Of a stretch of DNA of 64,000 nucleotides, positions 53,595 through 64,000 are shown in pieces; within the stretch, counting starts at the first letter, position 1; every line of letters starts with the position of its first letter. Source of the stretch: Styela clava (taxonomy: Eukaryota); NCBI RefSeq assembly GCF_964204865.1, contig NC_135262.1, positions 744,001 through 808,000 on the forward strand, in the 5' to 3' direction. The position numbers and the translations under genes were made by a program. The notes beneath the pieces were generated by a model that was not told where the DNA came from, ran no database searches, and worked only from the letters and a program-made list of their open reading frames with translations.

Positions 53595-53866
53595 TTAAAT
53601 GACGTAATCCCAAACAAGCGATCTGATTGGCTGATAAAAAGTGGCCTGATTTTGAGCCGACACCCATGCGATGCGCTTCGAGAATTTTATTTAAATTTCA
53701 AACATGATCGTTCAGAATTATGTTATATTCGAGTGCTTATGTATGAGTTAAGCGCGATTTAGATTACGGAATTTGGAAATTTTTGAATGGAAAAAAAATC
53801 TCCGGAATATCTTCGAGGTGTTACTTTTTATGGTGAATTTCTTCGACTCTCGGTTAGTTTGTGAGT
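53595..53866 (+). promoter_or_regulatory. Probable promoter and non-coding first exon of the CUB gene
   Basis: CpG-rich segment with CRE-like TGACGTAA and CCAAT box (GATTGG), a GTGAGT donor at 53861, and CpG-poor DNA downstream. Confidence 0.4.
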
Positions 53867-55784
53867 GAGGCGTGGGGCGCAAGGTTTCTTATTTTCATAA
53901 TAGTCTTGAGGTAGGTTGGCTTGTGTTTTTGATTATGTTTGAGGTTTCAGAATTCTAATAAGTTTGATTAGTACCGCCGGGACATCTACTACTGACTACC
54001 GGTACCTGAAACGGTATTATATCAGTATATTAACCGTAAGCCAATATACCGGTACCGGTACCGTTCGTTTTGAACTTTCAGACTTTCGCAAATCAGAAAA
54101 TCGTAATGTCAGTAATGTATCACGGTACCAGATGTTATTTCATCCAAGTCAGTAAGCACTGTATCGATTAGAAGATTATTACTGTATTAAGACAGGATTT
54201 TATGGTTGAGTATTTAAGTATTGCTGTATTGTGCCGCAATGATATATTGATATTAGATATCTAGATATCGCAAATAAATTCAAAAATTGCTATTCCTTTA
54301 TTCCAATTATTAAAATGTTTTCCGTAAATTGGTCTGTTGATATAGTGGACAGATTGGTATTATCAAACACAGATAAACACAAATCATTATGTATCGAATA
54401 GTAACCTATGTCTGTATATTCAGTAAGTTACATGCTAACAGGAGATGTTCACTGCCTGACTGCTTAAACTAAAATTTGAAATGTTTGAGGCAGAAAAGTG
54501 AGGTGTTTCAGATTACTGGTTTAGTGTTTTTGTGCGATACTTTTGACAATATTATGTATTCAGCCATTGTATGATTGTTTCTTATTTTTGTTTCATTATT
54601 CTTTTGCCCTGTTAAGCTAATGAGGAAATATTTGATTTGATTTGGACTAAAATTCTCCCAGACGTTGGTCAGATAAGTTTTATTTATTCTGCAATTAAGT
54701 TTTGTTTGTAGGAGATAAATTTAATGACATTCTTGTTTGCTAATCATCAACATAGGTTATACTTATAGTGTTCAAATATTCCCGAAATGATGTCATACTA
54801 TATTTTTATAAAGCTATTTTTACCCTCTAGATAAGCAAGTTTTTTTTATTAGATAGACATTTACCTCAATTCTCAGTTATTGAAGATATTCAAGATTATG
54901 TCTTACTGTCTTATGCTCATGTTTTGGATTTTTTTTTACAAAATTGACCTGGACCTGAACGCTTAGTTTTTGAGAGTAAAAGGTTCCATTTTTGTTGCTT
55001 ATTATGTGTCAGTGGATTTATTTATGCTGGATATGCCTTGTTTATGGGTTATCGGACATTTTTGGCTTTTGGCCACAAAAATGGGTAAATCTGGAAATTT
55101 TCTTTATTAAATATATTCCGGAATTAATTTTTGATATGAAATATTGAATATATTCAATTTGTGTAAATTAAACATAAATTCATAGAAATTGAATTTTGGA
55201 AGCAGAAAAATCTATTTGGCAGTGTTCCGACTTTCCATTTTACAATGTAAGGGGCTAAATGAGGTCTATTTTTGTCTTGGTTGTCAGATATTATATGCAT
55301 TTTCAAATGATACATTGAGTTTGGATCTCCCTCCTAACCCTGTATTGGCAAAATGTGACCCCATTGACCAAATCTGTTGGGTGATTCAATATGCCTGATA
55401 CTACCACAAACCAAATTTAAATGTTTTAGCTAAAAAATAGCTTGAGGAATTTGTCTAGATTGCGATTAAATTTAATTTTGGCGCAATGTTCATTGTTTTC
55501 CATTTTATTTTTGTAACACTGTAAATAAAATTCTGTTCCAAAAATGTAACTTTTTTGTCACACTTGCCTGTCTGTTTCGATGGGCAAAATGTTAGCTCCT
55601 GGTCTAAAATCCTTGCCCACCCGTGTTCTAACATAACAAAAAATCCTGCCTTGTTGCCGCTCGAAACATCCCTTATTTACGTAACCTAGATATGAATATA
55701 ATTGTGAAATCTCTGTTTCTAGGTTCCTTACTGTACAGTTCCATTTCTCATTGTAATTTATTTATTTATTCATTGTCCGCAGAC

Positions 55785-58700
55785 ATGGATTTAAAAATTA
55801 TACTTGTTGCTATGACGATGGTTGCTATGATTCATTGTGAGGTGAGAATAGTTTTAAATAAATCATGACATGATTTTTTTTGTTTGGGAAACTGCGTAAT
55901 TTACTAATGTAAATTTATTTTCATATCGATTTCTAACATCTTATATATTCATAAATATCAGGAAAGTGGCCATTCTTGTTGTGAAATAAAATCAATGAAA
56001 AATCACTGAAGCACGACTTGTCAGAATAATTGCGCTGTAACAACAGTGTACCCATGCGGTCAATTTTCATTGTAGGATTTTAAACTTATTCAAACTAGAA
56101 GTCACTGAAGCATGACTTGTCAGAACAGTTCCATTGTAACAACAGTGTACCCATGCCGTCAATTATTAATGTAGAATTTTACCCTTATTCAAACTGAAAA
56201 TCACTTAAGCATGACTTGTCAGAACAGTTCCATTGTAACAACAGTGTACCCATGCCGTCAATTCTTAATGTAGAATTTCAACCTTATTCAAACTGAAAAT
56301 CACTGAAGCATGACTTGACAGAATAATTCCACTGTATCAACAATATACCATTTCTGCCCATCCCTGATATCATTTTTTTTTTATTCAGGATTGCAACACC
56401 GAGCTTTCTGAAACTTCTGGAGTGATAGTATCGGGGAAATACGGACATGGCATCAACTGTTCTTGGACAATAACTGCTCCAAAAGGTATTTGGATTTAAA
56501 AACTACCAATATTGGTTTTTCACAACTCTTTTCACCCTGAAATTCAAGATTTCGTAGTTCTTATATGACGGTCATTCCTTTTGCCTTATTCCTTTTGCTT
56601 CAAAAGAGGCTTCATTCAAGCACCAAATTAAATCCATAATGATATTCGGAATTCGGATATTATGCATTCCTTACTAGTTTATTATGATAGGATTTAACAT
56701 ATTTATCCCGGGGAGAGATGAGCCAAATAAGACTGTTTAATCATATGGCGAACCAAGGCCCCTCGTCCGTCTATCAGTACATGTTTGGTATGGGATTAGT
56801 TAGCCAGCTGTTTGTCTCAGATGCAAGGATTACGTGAACCACCCACAAAGGCCAGAATCCAGCGATTCTCCAGTGCGGTGGCGAGGGTATTCCTAACACT
56901 TAGCACAATACGTCACACTGCTGAGCCCGGTGAGATTTGAGGTACGAGATTTGAACCAGAGATGTGTAATCTGCTATGTCGACACAGTCAAGTCTAACGC
57001 TTCATTCGTCAAGCCGTTGTGCCAGCCTAAATGACATCTCCCTTGCTTTTTTTTTCATTTCTGTAGAATATTAATTTTGACCCTTGACCCTTTCCAGGAA
57101 ATTATGTCAAACTGGAATTCAACAAGGAAAAGTTTGATGTCGTCAGCAAGTTCATGTCTTGTAGCCACGACTACGTACAAGTGTTTTACGACTCCGCTAT
57201 CCCGAGCCCACACATCCAAACTTTCTGCAAATCGTTCGGAAATAAATTTGTCCCGAAAGACGTGATAACAAGCACGACAAATGTTCTTGTCATTAGACTT
57301 ATCAGCGATACGTTTTTCAAAAACGGGGAGGGATTTGAAGCAAAATACACTGTTGTGGATGAGTTTGGTAAGTTTCTTTTGATTTTATCTAATAGAATAG
57401 TAACAATGGGGATCTCTTATTTATTCCAAGCTGAGGAAAGCTAAGCAGGTGGCTTAATCATAGGGTGGAATTTTTCATTTGTCCCGGGTGAAAGGAAGGT
57501 ACTCCCGTAGTATGTGTACCAGGTTAGGGTTAGGCCCTAATTTCAATCTGATTTTTCATGATTTTAGTTCTATTACGAGTTTGGGGTCTGTCTGTGTTAG
57601 CCGAGTGAATATACTTCGTGCCCATAGGTTTCATTACCTTTATATAACTTGATGAAAAGTAGACTAACAAAATTAGTTACCTCCATATTGGTACACATAC
57701 TTCTGGAGCGCCGAAAGGAATAACTACATGATGGTTTTATCATAAGATAGGATTTTAGTATTTATCCTTCTGGAGAGAAAGCTGACGCGATGGCTTAATT
57801 ATAGGATAAAATTTTCCTATTTACTCCGGGGAAAGGAAAGCCAATTAGGGTGGTTGTTTCTTATGGTGAACCGTGGCTTCTCATCTTGCCAGTCCATCTT
57901 TGGTTTAAATTCCATGCCCATCCTGTGTGTAATAGATTGGCAATGTTTAACGAAAATATCCTGGTTCATCTAAATCAGCGGTTCCCAAACCGCGGCCCGT
58001 GGTAAAGATTTAATATGGCCCACTGAACTTGGGTGAACTAGTTTAGCACTTGTGTTTTTATCTTTTTGCTATCTACATATCGCCAATTGTTATGTCATTA
58101 TCACAGTTTAAGTGTATATTTGTGTAACAATTCAATTATACCAGTATCTTAGTTACATGTATTGGTATCGGCCCCTTGCGAGCTTTCCCTTCTCCTGGGC
58201 CCCGAATAATTTTTGCCCCTGGTCAATCAACTGTGGAAACCACCATTGCTCTAAAAAAAATAGCTCAGCGTTTGCTTGTTCAGGGCCATGTTCTGAGCGA
58301 AATGAGCATCATATAACAAAATATTTCTAGCCAGTTTTAATTAACTAGCTTTTCCACAAACATTGACGATCTTATTCCACTTACAGGCGAACCGATTGTA
58401 CCTGAAGAGACAGAAGGAGGTTTTGATGAAGATGACTGGGGGGAGGATACCACGGTTAGTTTGGATACATTTTTTTTTGAGGTAGTGGGGAGGGGGGAGA
58501 TTTAGGGGTAACGCATTTTCGGTGGTTAATTTTGAGGAAATTTGGCGTATTTTACGGGGGGTTACTTTTTAAAGTAAGCTGGATACTTTAAATGTGGCCA
58601 TGAGTTGCAGAATTAATTTATTGTTCGCATTTTCTCGTTTCGAGTTACCAGACAGCGTGGCAATTTTTAAAATACCTTTTATGGGATGTTTCTTTCCAGA

Positions 58701-59730
58701 GAATAAATATGAAAATCTTATCTTTGGAATCTGGCGTTGCTAGGTGTGGTGATTAAATAATCTCTGATAGAAATTGTGACCCTTAGAAATGCTAGTCCTG
58801 GATATTTGGTGTTGCTTTATAATTTTATTTTAATTATTCTTGTGTTTATGTTTTTGATCGTTTTTGCATGTTTTGTTTGGTTTGAACTAATTTTAACCCT
58901 AATTGGTTTGAATTTACGGTAATAACTGTTTTCCGGAGCGAGGTTTGCATTATTGCTTACGCTTTTATAGTAAGTTACTCAGTCACACTCTCGCACGCTC
59001 CGAGAGTCTCGAACTCTAACAGATCGATCGCTCAAATAACCAAACTCAAACGTAGAAAAACCAATGAGAATTCCCAACGTAAACTGACTGTTAGTGAGCC
59101 TTGCTCAGAGTGAAATTGTAATTGGCTCGTCAATGGAACCACCATATAGGTAAATTCGATTTTTTTGTCTAAATTTTGATTGGTAATTTCGGTTTTTCTG
59201 AATGCTCTATCATCAAGGATAATATGGTTAGTCTATAAATTATTCGCTCCAAGGTTAGTAGAAATGACATTGGCAAATTCAACTAAAACGTTTTCATTTA
59301 AATTCTGGATTGTTTTACTTCAAATTATTATTGAATCGGAAATCGGATGGAATGCTACGAAATTGTGTTTCTCTCACAAAACTTGCAAAAACACACAAAA
59401 TTTGCACTTTTCAAAATTTTGAATTACATGGGGATTCTCATCTGGTACTAGGGTCGACTCGTCGCTGGAAAATATGGACTACCTATGAAAGATGAAGGCA
59501 AAAACAAGGTTGAAAAAGATTGGGATGGAAAAAAAGTGCCCACATTGGGATCGAAATCAAAGGATAGCAAAAAGAAAAACAGAAAAGGAAAGAAACGTCG
59601 GGGTAAGAAGGAAAAGAAGAGCAAAGAAGAGAGAAAACTGGAACGTAAACTTCAACGACAAAAAATGAAAGCGCTCAAGCGTAAAGCAAGGAAAGCCGAA
59701 AGAAGACGCAGATCAAAATCAAAAGCTTAA
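55785..59730 (+). CDS. Secreted single-CUB-domain protein with acidic linker and Lys/Arg-rich tail (isoform 1), 5 coding exons
   Basis: Exons 55785-55841 (signal peptide MDLKIILVAMTMVAMIHCE), 56389-56485 and 57098-57367 (CUB: C..SGVIVS..NCSWTITAP..VKLEF..FDV..CSHDYV..FC..LISD..GEGFEAKY), 58387-58454 (acidic) and 59452-59730 (basic). All junctions are GT-AG with intron phases 0/1/1/0. Confidence 0.82.
55998..56345. repeat. 99-bp tandem repeat (x3.5) in a CUB gene intron
   Basis: TCACTGAAGCATGACTTGTCAGAA (with small variants) recurs at 56003, 56102, 56201 and 56300. Confidence 0.9.
56687..56927 (-). mobile_element. SINE (family A), internally deleted, in a CUB gene intron
   Basis: Reverse-complement head and tail match the family. 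Confidence 0.75.
57498..57712. mobile_element. Merlin-like MITE (family M2)
   Basis: GGTACTCC...GGAGCGCC ends, perfect 8-bp TSD GAAAGGAA, contains GGTTAGGGTTAGG. Confidence 0.82.
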
Positions 59731-60747
59731 AATGGATTTTAACTCTTTATCTACATATAAAAAAAACTTCATTAACCCTCATACTGCTACTAACAACTCA
59801 TGGTTTACTACGGCAACCATCTTTGCAGTGTCCATCCAACCTGGACTGGTAATCACATGGAGAATTGCATATGATAAGGTCGTCTTTTCCGATGGTCTGA
59901 ACAACTTTTTTATACCCCCTTATAATAATGTCGTAATTTTTTTTTCAAACATGCGACAATTTTTTCTTAAGTATCGTTGGGAAGCTTGTTTTAGCCTTTT
60001 CCCACTCACTGTCACACATAGGCTTAATCGTTCTTATCGGCTTTCCTCGTTGCTGAGACAGAGACTGAAATCCTATCCTGTCTTACCCGGTTCCGACAAA
60101 ACAAATTTGCTGGTGAGCATCATGAAAGCAATCTTGGTGTTTTGAAAAGTCAGCGCTCGCATTTTAAACGCTCTGCACATTGGTTGTTATGTATATATAT
60201 TACGGGATTCGGAATTGATTATTTTGTTATTCAATCGGAACCCTAAATATCGAAATTTGAATTTGTATTTCAAATTTACTGATCAATTAATTTTAATTAT
60301 TTTGAAATATCTAATCTTAATATTTTTCCAAATGTTGAAAAAATCATGTTAATTTCTACATTTTTACGTTTCAAATATTACTAACTTATGTCAGTCTTTG
60401 TTGCATTCCTCAGGTTTCCCAATTTTCATTATCTCTGTTTGAAATAATTTTTAATTTGAATGCTGAATACCGGTACGGTGGTATCACAATTTGATTTGAA
60501 TTTGAATCTCGCAAGTTCATAATTCATAATAAATAATTCAATAATAAATTCAATTTTATAATTAAGAATTGATTAATAAGTTTAATATTTATAGATTGAT
60601 TAATTTTATCAGAACTACTCTACTTAACTTCTAAAACCAAAAGTTGAGGGCTTTGGACCTTTTTTTTTGAGCAAATTTGCAACAAATTTGCAACTCTTCT
60701 ATCGGTACTCTTTCACTTTGAGTTAAGTGCTCGGGAAAGCTATTTAC

Positions 60748-61317
60748 TAGGGGTCAGCAACCTTTTGTCACTCGCGGGTCAAAATTAGGGGTTGCAAGTC
60801 TTGGCACATATTTTTAGAAAGTAAAAAACCAAGATGGCCAATGACTCGAAATTTTTTCACACAGATTAGAAGAAGAAAATTAAGGAGACTGCGACAACAT
60901 GTGAACTCATCCTAGTCGTCTTACTAAAAGAAAAAAAAATTGTGAATGACATTTAATAATGTGATAATTATTGTTGATTAACATCAGTGAGACATCTCTC
61001 TAATAAATATGGATTTTATTTCCTTATTGCATTGAATATTTTCTGCGCTATTGAACCTGCTGCACCCAGCATCAACTTTTCTGCGTTTTGTTGCCGTTTG
61101 TCTAATTATAATTAAATTGTAAACTCGTTGAATGAGTAGCTGTCTGTTCACTAAATTGTTAGGTTATAAATAATATAATTCAATCTACAAGTTCTCACAA
61201 TAAAGTCTCTCACGTAAAGAATATAGTCGTAGAAACATTTTTTTTTAAAACATTGGTCGCGGGCCGGATTACTTTACTCTACAGTCCGGATCTGAGCCGT
61301 AGGTTGCAGACCCCCTG
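60748..61317. mobile_element. hAT-like MITE (partial inverted copy at ~21450-21773)
   Basis: Ends GGGGTCAGCAACC / GGTTGCAGACCCC. The internal GCATCAACTTTTCTGCGTTTTGTTGCC is shared, inverted, with 21522-21566. Confidence 0.65.
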
Positions 61318-62764
61318 CTACATACCTTCGTTTGAGCAAGCTTGCTAAAAACTTACTTTCGTTAATATCTATCCCTCGTTCTGAACTGTTATATTTTTTT
61401 ATATCCTTATCTTATCAACTGTATCTGTGACTCTTATCAATGTGATATTCATTCCGTAGCTTTCTGTTTCAAGTTCAAAGGTCATTGTGAGTTACCTTTC
61501 TGCTTCATATATCCTGTGTTTATCTGGTGCCAATCTATGCTTTCTCAAAATCACTGCTTTTTATGTTTATCCAATGAATCTGTAATAAATTGATTTTGCA
61601 CTGAGATATATTTCTAATTAATGGATTTATTTGGGGTCTGTGTGATTTAAGTTTAGTTCTCACTGTATGTTATTGTGGGCAAGTTGATCCAGCGTTGAGG
61701 TCTCGAGATGAGATGACTTGATTCTGACTTTAATCGCCATTTATTAAAGTTTGGGGTGTACTAGGGTATTGTGTATTGAACTGCAGGTTCTTTCTCCTCA
61801 TTTACTTCCTATTCTAGATCCGTATGTTGCTGTTGCCACAAGGATGCGTGACTGAGATAAGTAATATAAAGATAAATAATCTCTTTCCACGAAATATCGA
61901 GTATATTTATGAGCTTTCGTTAGATCATAGTCTAACTTCTTCAGATAAAACAAGATATGGCTGCAAATAATAAAGATCAGTAATTAGTTAAAAATTGTAG
62001 GATTAAAATTACAGAAATACATTGGTCGGTTAGGTCTATCTCTACTGTGCGGATTCAGAGATTGATACTGGGGGTTTCCAGGTTTGTCCATTTATATGTG
62101 TTCCAATGTTTGCATTTGCCGTTTGGTCGGCAAGTTTTATATACTACTGGACCGCATTTGGCCCGTTTGCCGACTCTTGCTCTAAGTGCTCAGCAAACAA
62201 ATCCAAGTTCAATGAGCAATGGCTGCTTATATACAGCTTTGTTCAAATTATTTAAAGTGTATTAAAAAAAGCAAATCTGAAAAGGCTATCTCAAGTTGAA
62301 AAAGGGTAGCTAGTTTGTACTACCGAGGGGAGTTCTTCTCAGCATTTTAATGGTTGCTCCTTTACTTCAGGATTGTTTGCGCATGAGCATGGTGATTTGA
62401 GGTGATTTTTTGGTGCTGCCGTAGTATGTGAACCAAAATGGAGGGAAATGGAACGTAGTATGTGTACAAGGTTAGGGTTAGGCCTAATTTCAGGTTCAAT
62501 TACTACAGGTGTCACTTGGCTAGTGCTTACCAAACACGTAATAGAACCAGAATAAGGAAAACTGAGATAAAATTATGGCCTAACCCTATTCTGGTACACA
62601 TACTACATTCGGTGTTTGCCATTTTGGTGCACATACTACGGTAGCTCCGATTTTTTTTATAAAAAAGATTTTGACACCATACAAGGCTTTCGATAAGCAG
62701 ACACTTTAAAAGTGAGAGGCCATTGCATCTTGCAAAGACTTGATCCAATTATTTCTTTGTTCAG

Positions 62765-63085
62765 AGCTCAAGCACAACAACTACCGCACCCACGACGACG
62801 CCTACAGCATCTTCAACCACCACAACTGCTAGTACATCTGCAACAACTACCTTGATAAGCAAAATCATTTCTTCAACTACCGCTAGTACCAAGGGAGGGG
62901 AAAGTGCCTCTAAAAGCTCAACATTGCCAAGCGGTGGTGATGACGGAATATCCGGAAATGCAGGTACCACTAAATTATTATTGATATTTAGTTTTATTCT
63001 TTATTACTTATCGATTTTAATCGGTGAGTGTGTTGATAGGTATTGTCTGTTAGATACACGCGATATCTTACGAAAGCGAGATTGA
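62765..63085 (+). CDS. Alternative last/downstream exon of the CUB gene: Ser/Thr-rich stalk plus GPI/TM-like hydrophobic end (isoform 2)
   Basis: Acceptor TTTGTTCAG|AGC is phase 0, matching the donor at 58454. Translation SSSTTTTAPTTTPTASSTTTTASTSATTT...SGGDDGISGNAGTTKLLLIFSFILYYLSILIG. The 3' boundary is uncertain, with possible donors at ~62964 and ~63024. Confidence 0.65.
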   Translation, partial: SSSTTTTAPTTTPTASSTTTTASTSATTTLISKIISSTTASTKGGESASKSSTLPSGGDDGISGNAGTTKLLLIFSFILYYLSILIGECVDRYCLLDTRDILRKRD

Positions 63086-63290
63086 ATCTGCTCCAGATTT
63101 TGCATGTGCATTCATCATATGTCGTACCAGAAGCCTATTGATTTTGGGCGAATTATATCGTATAATTGGCGAGTTATTAATTAATTAGTGATGGGACACA
63201 AGGTGTCACTATGGAGTAAGAGCGCTGTTTTGGGGGATCCCCTAACTTTCGATCGATAAGTCTTCGGTCTCTGACCGATATTCTAGTTTT
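63004..63290 (-). mobile_element. HINE-like element, inverted copy
   Basis: Reverse complement of the 48680-49094 core (GATTGAATCTGCTCCAGATTTTGCATGTGCATTCATC; GGGGATCCCCTAACT). Confidence 0.7.
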
Positions 63291-63526
63291 TGGGCTCCTG
63301 AAGTATGCGAACCAAGATGGCGGACATCGGAATGTAATATGTGTACTAGGTTAGGGTTAGGCCATAATTTTAGGTACAAATACTACGAGAGGCACTTGGC
63401 TAGTCTTCGAACTCATAGTAGGACTAAAATAAGGGAAATTGGAATAAAATTATGGTCTAACCCTAACCTGTTACCCATGCTACGTTTCGATGTCCGGCAT
63501 CTTGGTTCGCATACTTCAGGAGCACC
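63291..63526. mobile_element. Merlin-like MITE (family M1) nested in a HINE-like element
   Basis: Same TIRs as 10706-10931, with 8-bp TSD CTAGTTTT. Confidence 0.8.
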
Positions 63527-64000
63527 CTAGTTTTTCTATTGCTATGAATATTTATAGTGTCAGTGGCTTGATCAAGAGTCGTGAGTTATGAAAAGCATTT
63601 CAAGCAACGGAAAACTGCTATGTATGGTGCTGAAAAATGCTTTTTTTACATTTTAAAGAGGGGTCCGACCTTTCAAAACCCCCAGTCTATGCGATGCCAA
63701 CGTAGCTAGGGTTGGCCACTCTGGCTCAAATCTTATTCAGATTCTAAAACTGAAATGGGCAGACTATGGCCCGTTGAGTAATTCATTCTGGCATGCCTGA
63801 TGCAGCCATAACCAAACTAAAACAAAATTTTGATGTTGAGCCAAAAATAGCTCAGGAAATTTGTTGAGATTGCGATTGAATTCAGTTTTGGCGTGAGGTT
63901 TATTGTTTTCCACTTTTGTAACACTGTAAATATTGTTCCTTAAATGTAACTTTCTACTTCACACTTACATGACCCGCCAGTCTAGCTGGGCCAAAATTTT

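Noticed and set aside
59485-59730. Stand-alone protamine/histone H1-like basic protein
   Set aside because: An in-phase acceptor at 59451 links it to the CUB gene, and there is no separate promoter evidence.
59732-60145. 137-aa ORF directly after the basic exon
   Set aside because: It is made of degenerate SINE fragments in the 3' UTR.
63345-63365. Telomere or interstitial telomeric array
   Set aside because: Only ~2 TTAGGG units, always inside MITE TIRs.

Overview
AT-rich eukaryotic (animal) genomic DNA. The compact GT-AG introns, chordate-like proteins, many intronless housekeeping genes and dense SINE/MITE content suggest an invertebrate chordate, probably an ascidian; this is an inference. 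The left half (1-37 kb) is gene-dense. On the minus strand are a chondroitin synthase-family gene, VHL, LSM4, tRNA-Cys(GCA) and SLC66A2/PQLC1. On the plus strand are PCGF3-like and MRPS6. Converging on them from the minus strand are PUM3, C7orf25/UPF0415 and a 2-exon COX14 gene that the ORF track misses. The 37-53 kb region is repeat-rich, with no confident gene. The 53.6-63 kb region holds a secreted single-CUB-domain gene that I assembled exon by exon. It has two in-phase alternative last exons: a polybasic soluble tail, or a Thr/Ser-rich stalk with a GPI/TM-like end. Other highlights are candidate operons marked by a TACCGGTAC motif only at the first gene of each unit, a chondroitin synthase with a degenerate GalNAc-transferase half, a duplicated LSM4 acceptor/start that creates a decoy uORF, Merlin-like MITEs carrying TTAGGG and YY1-like motifs, and a hammerhead-ribozyme-like relic.
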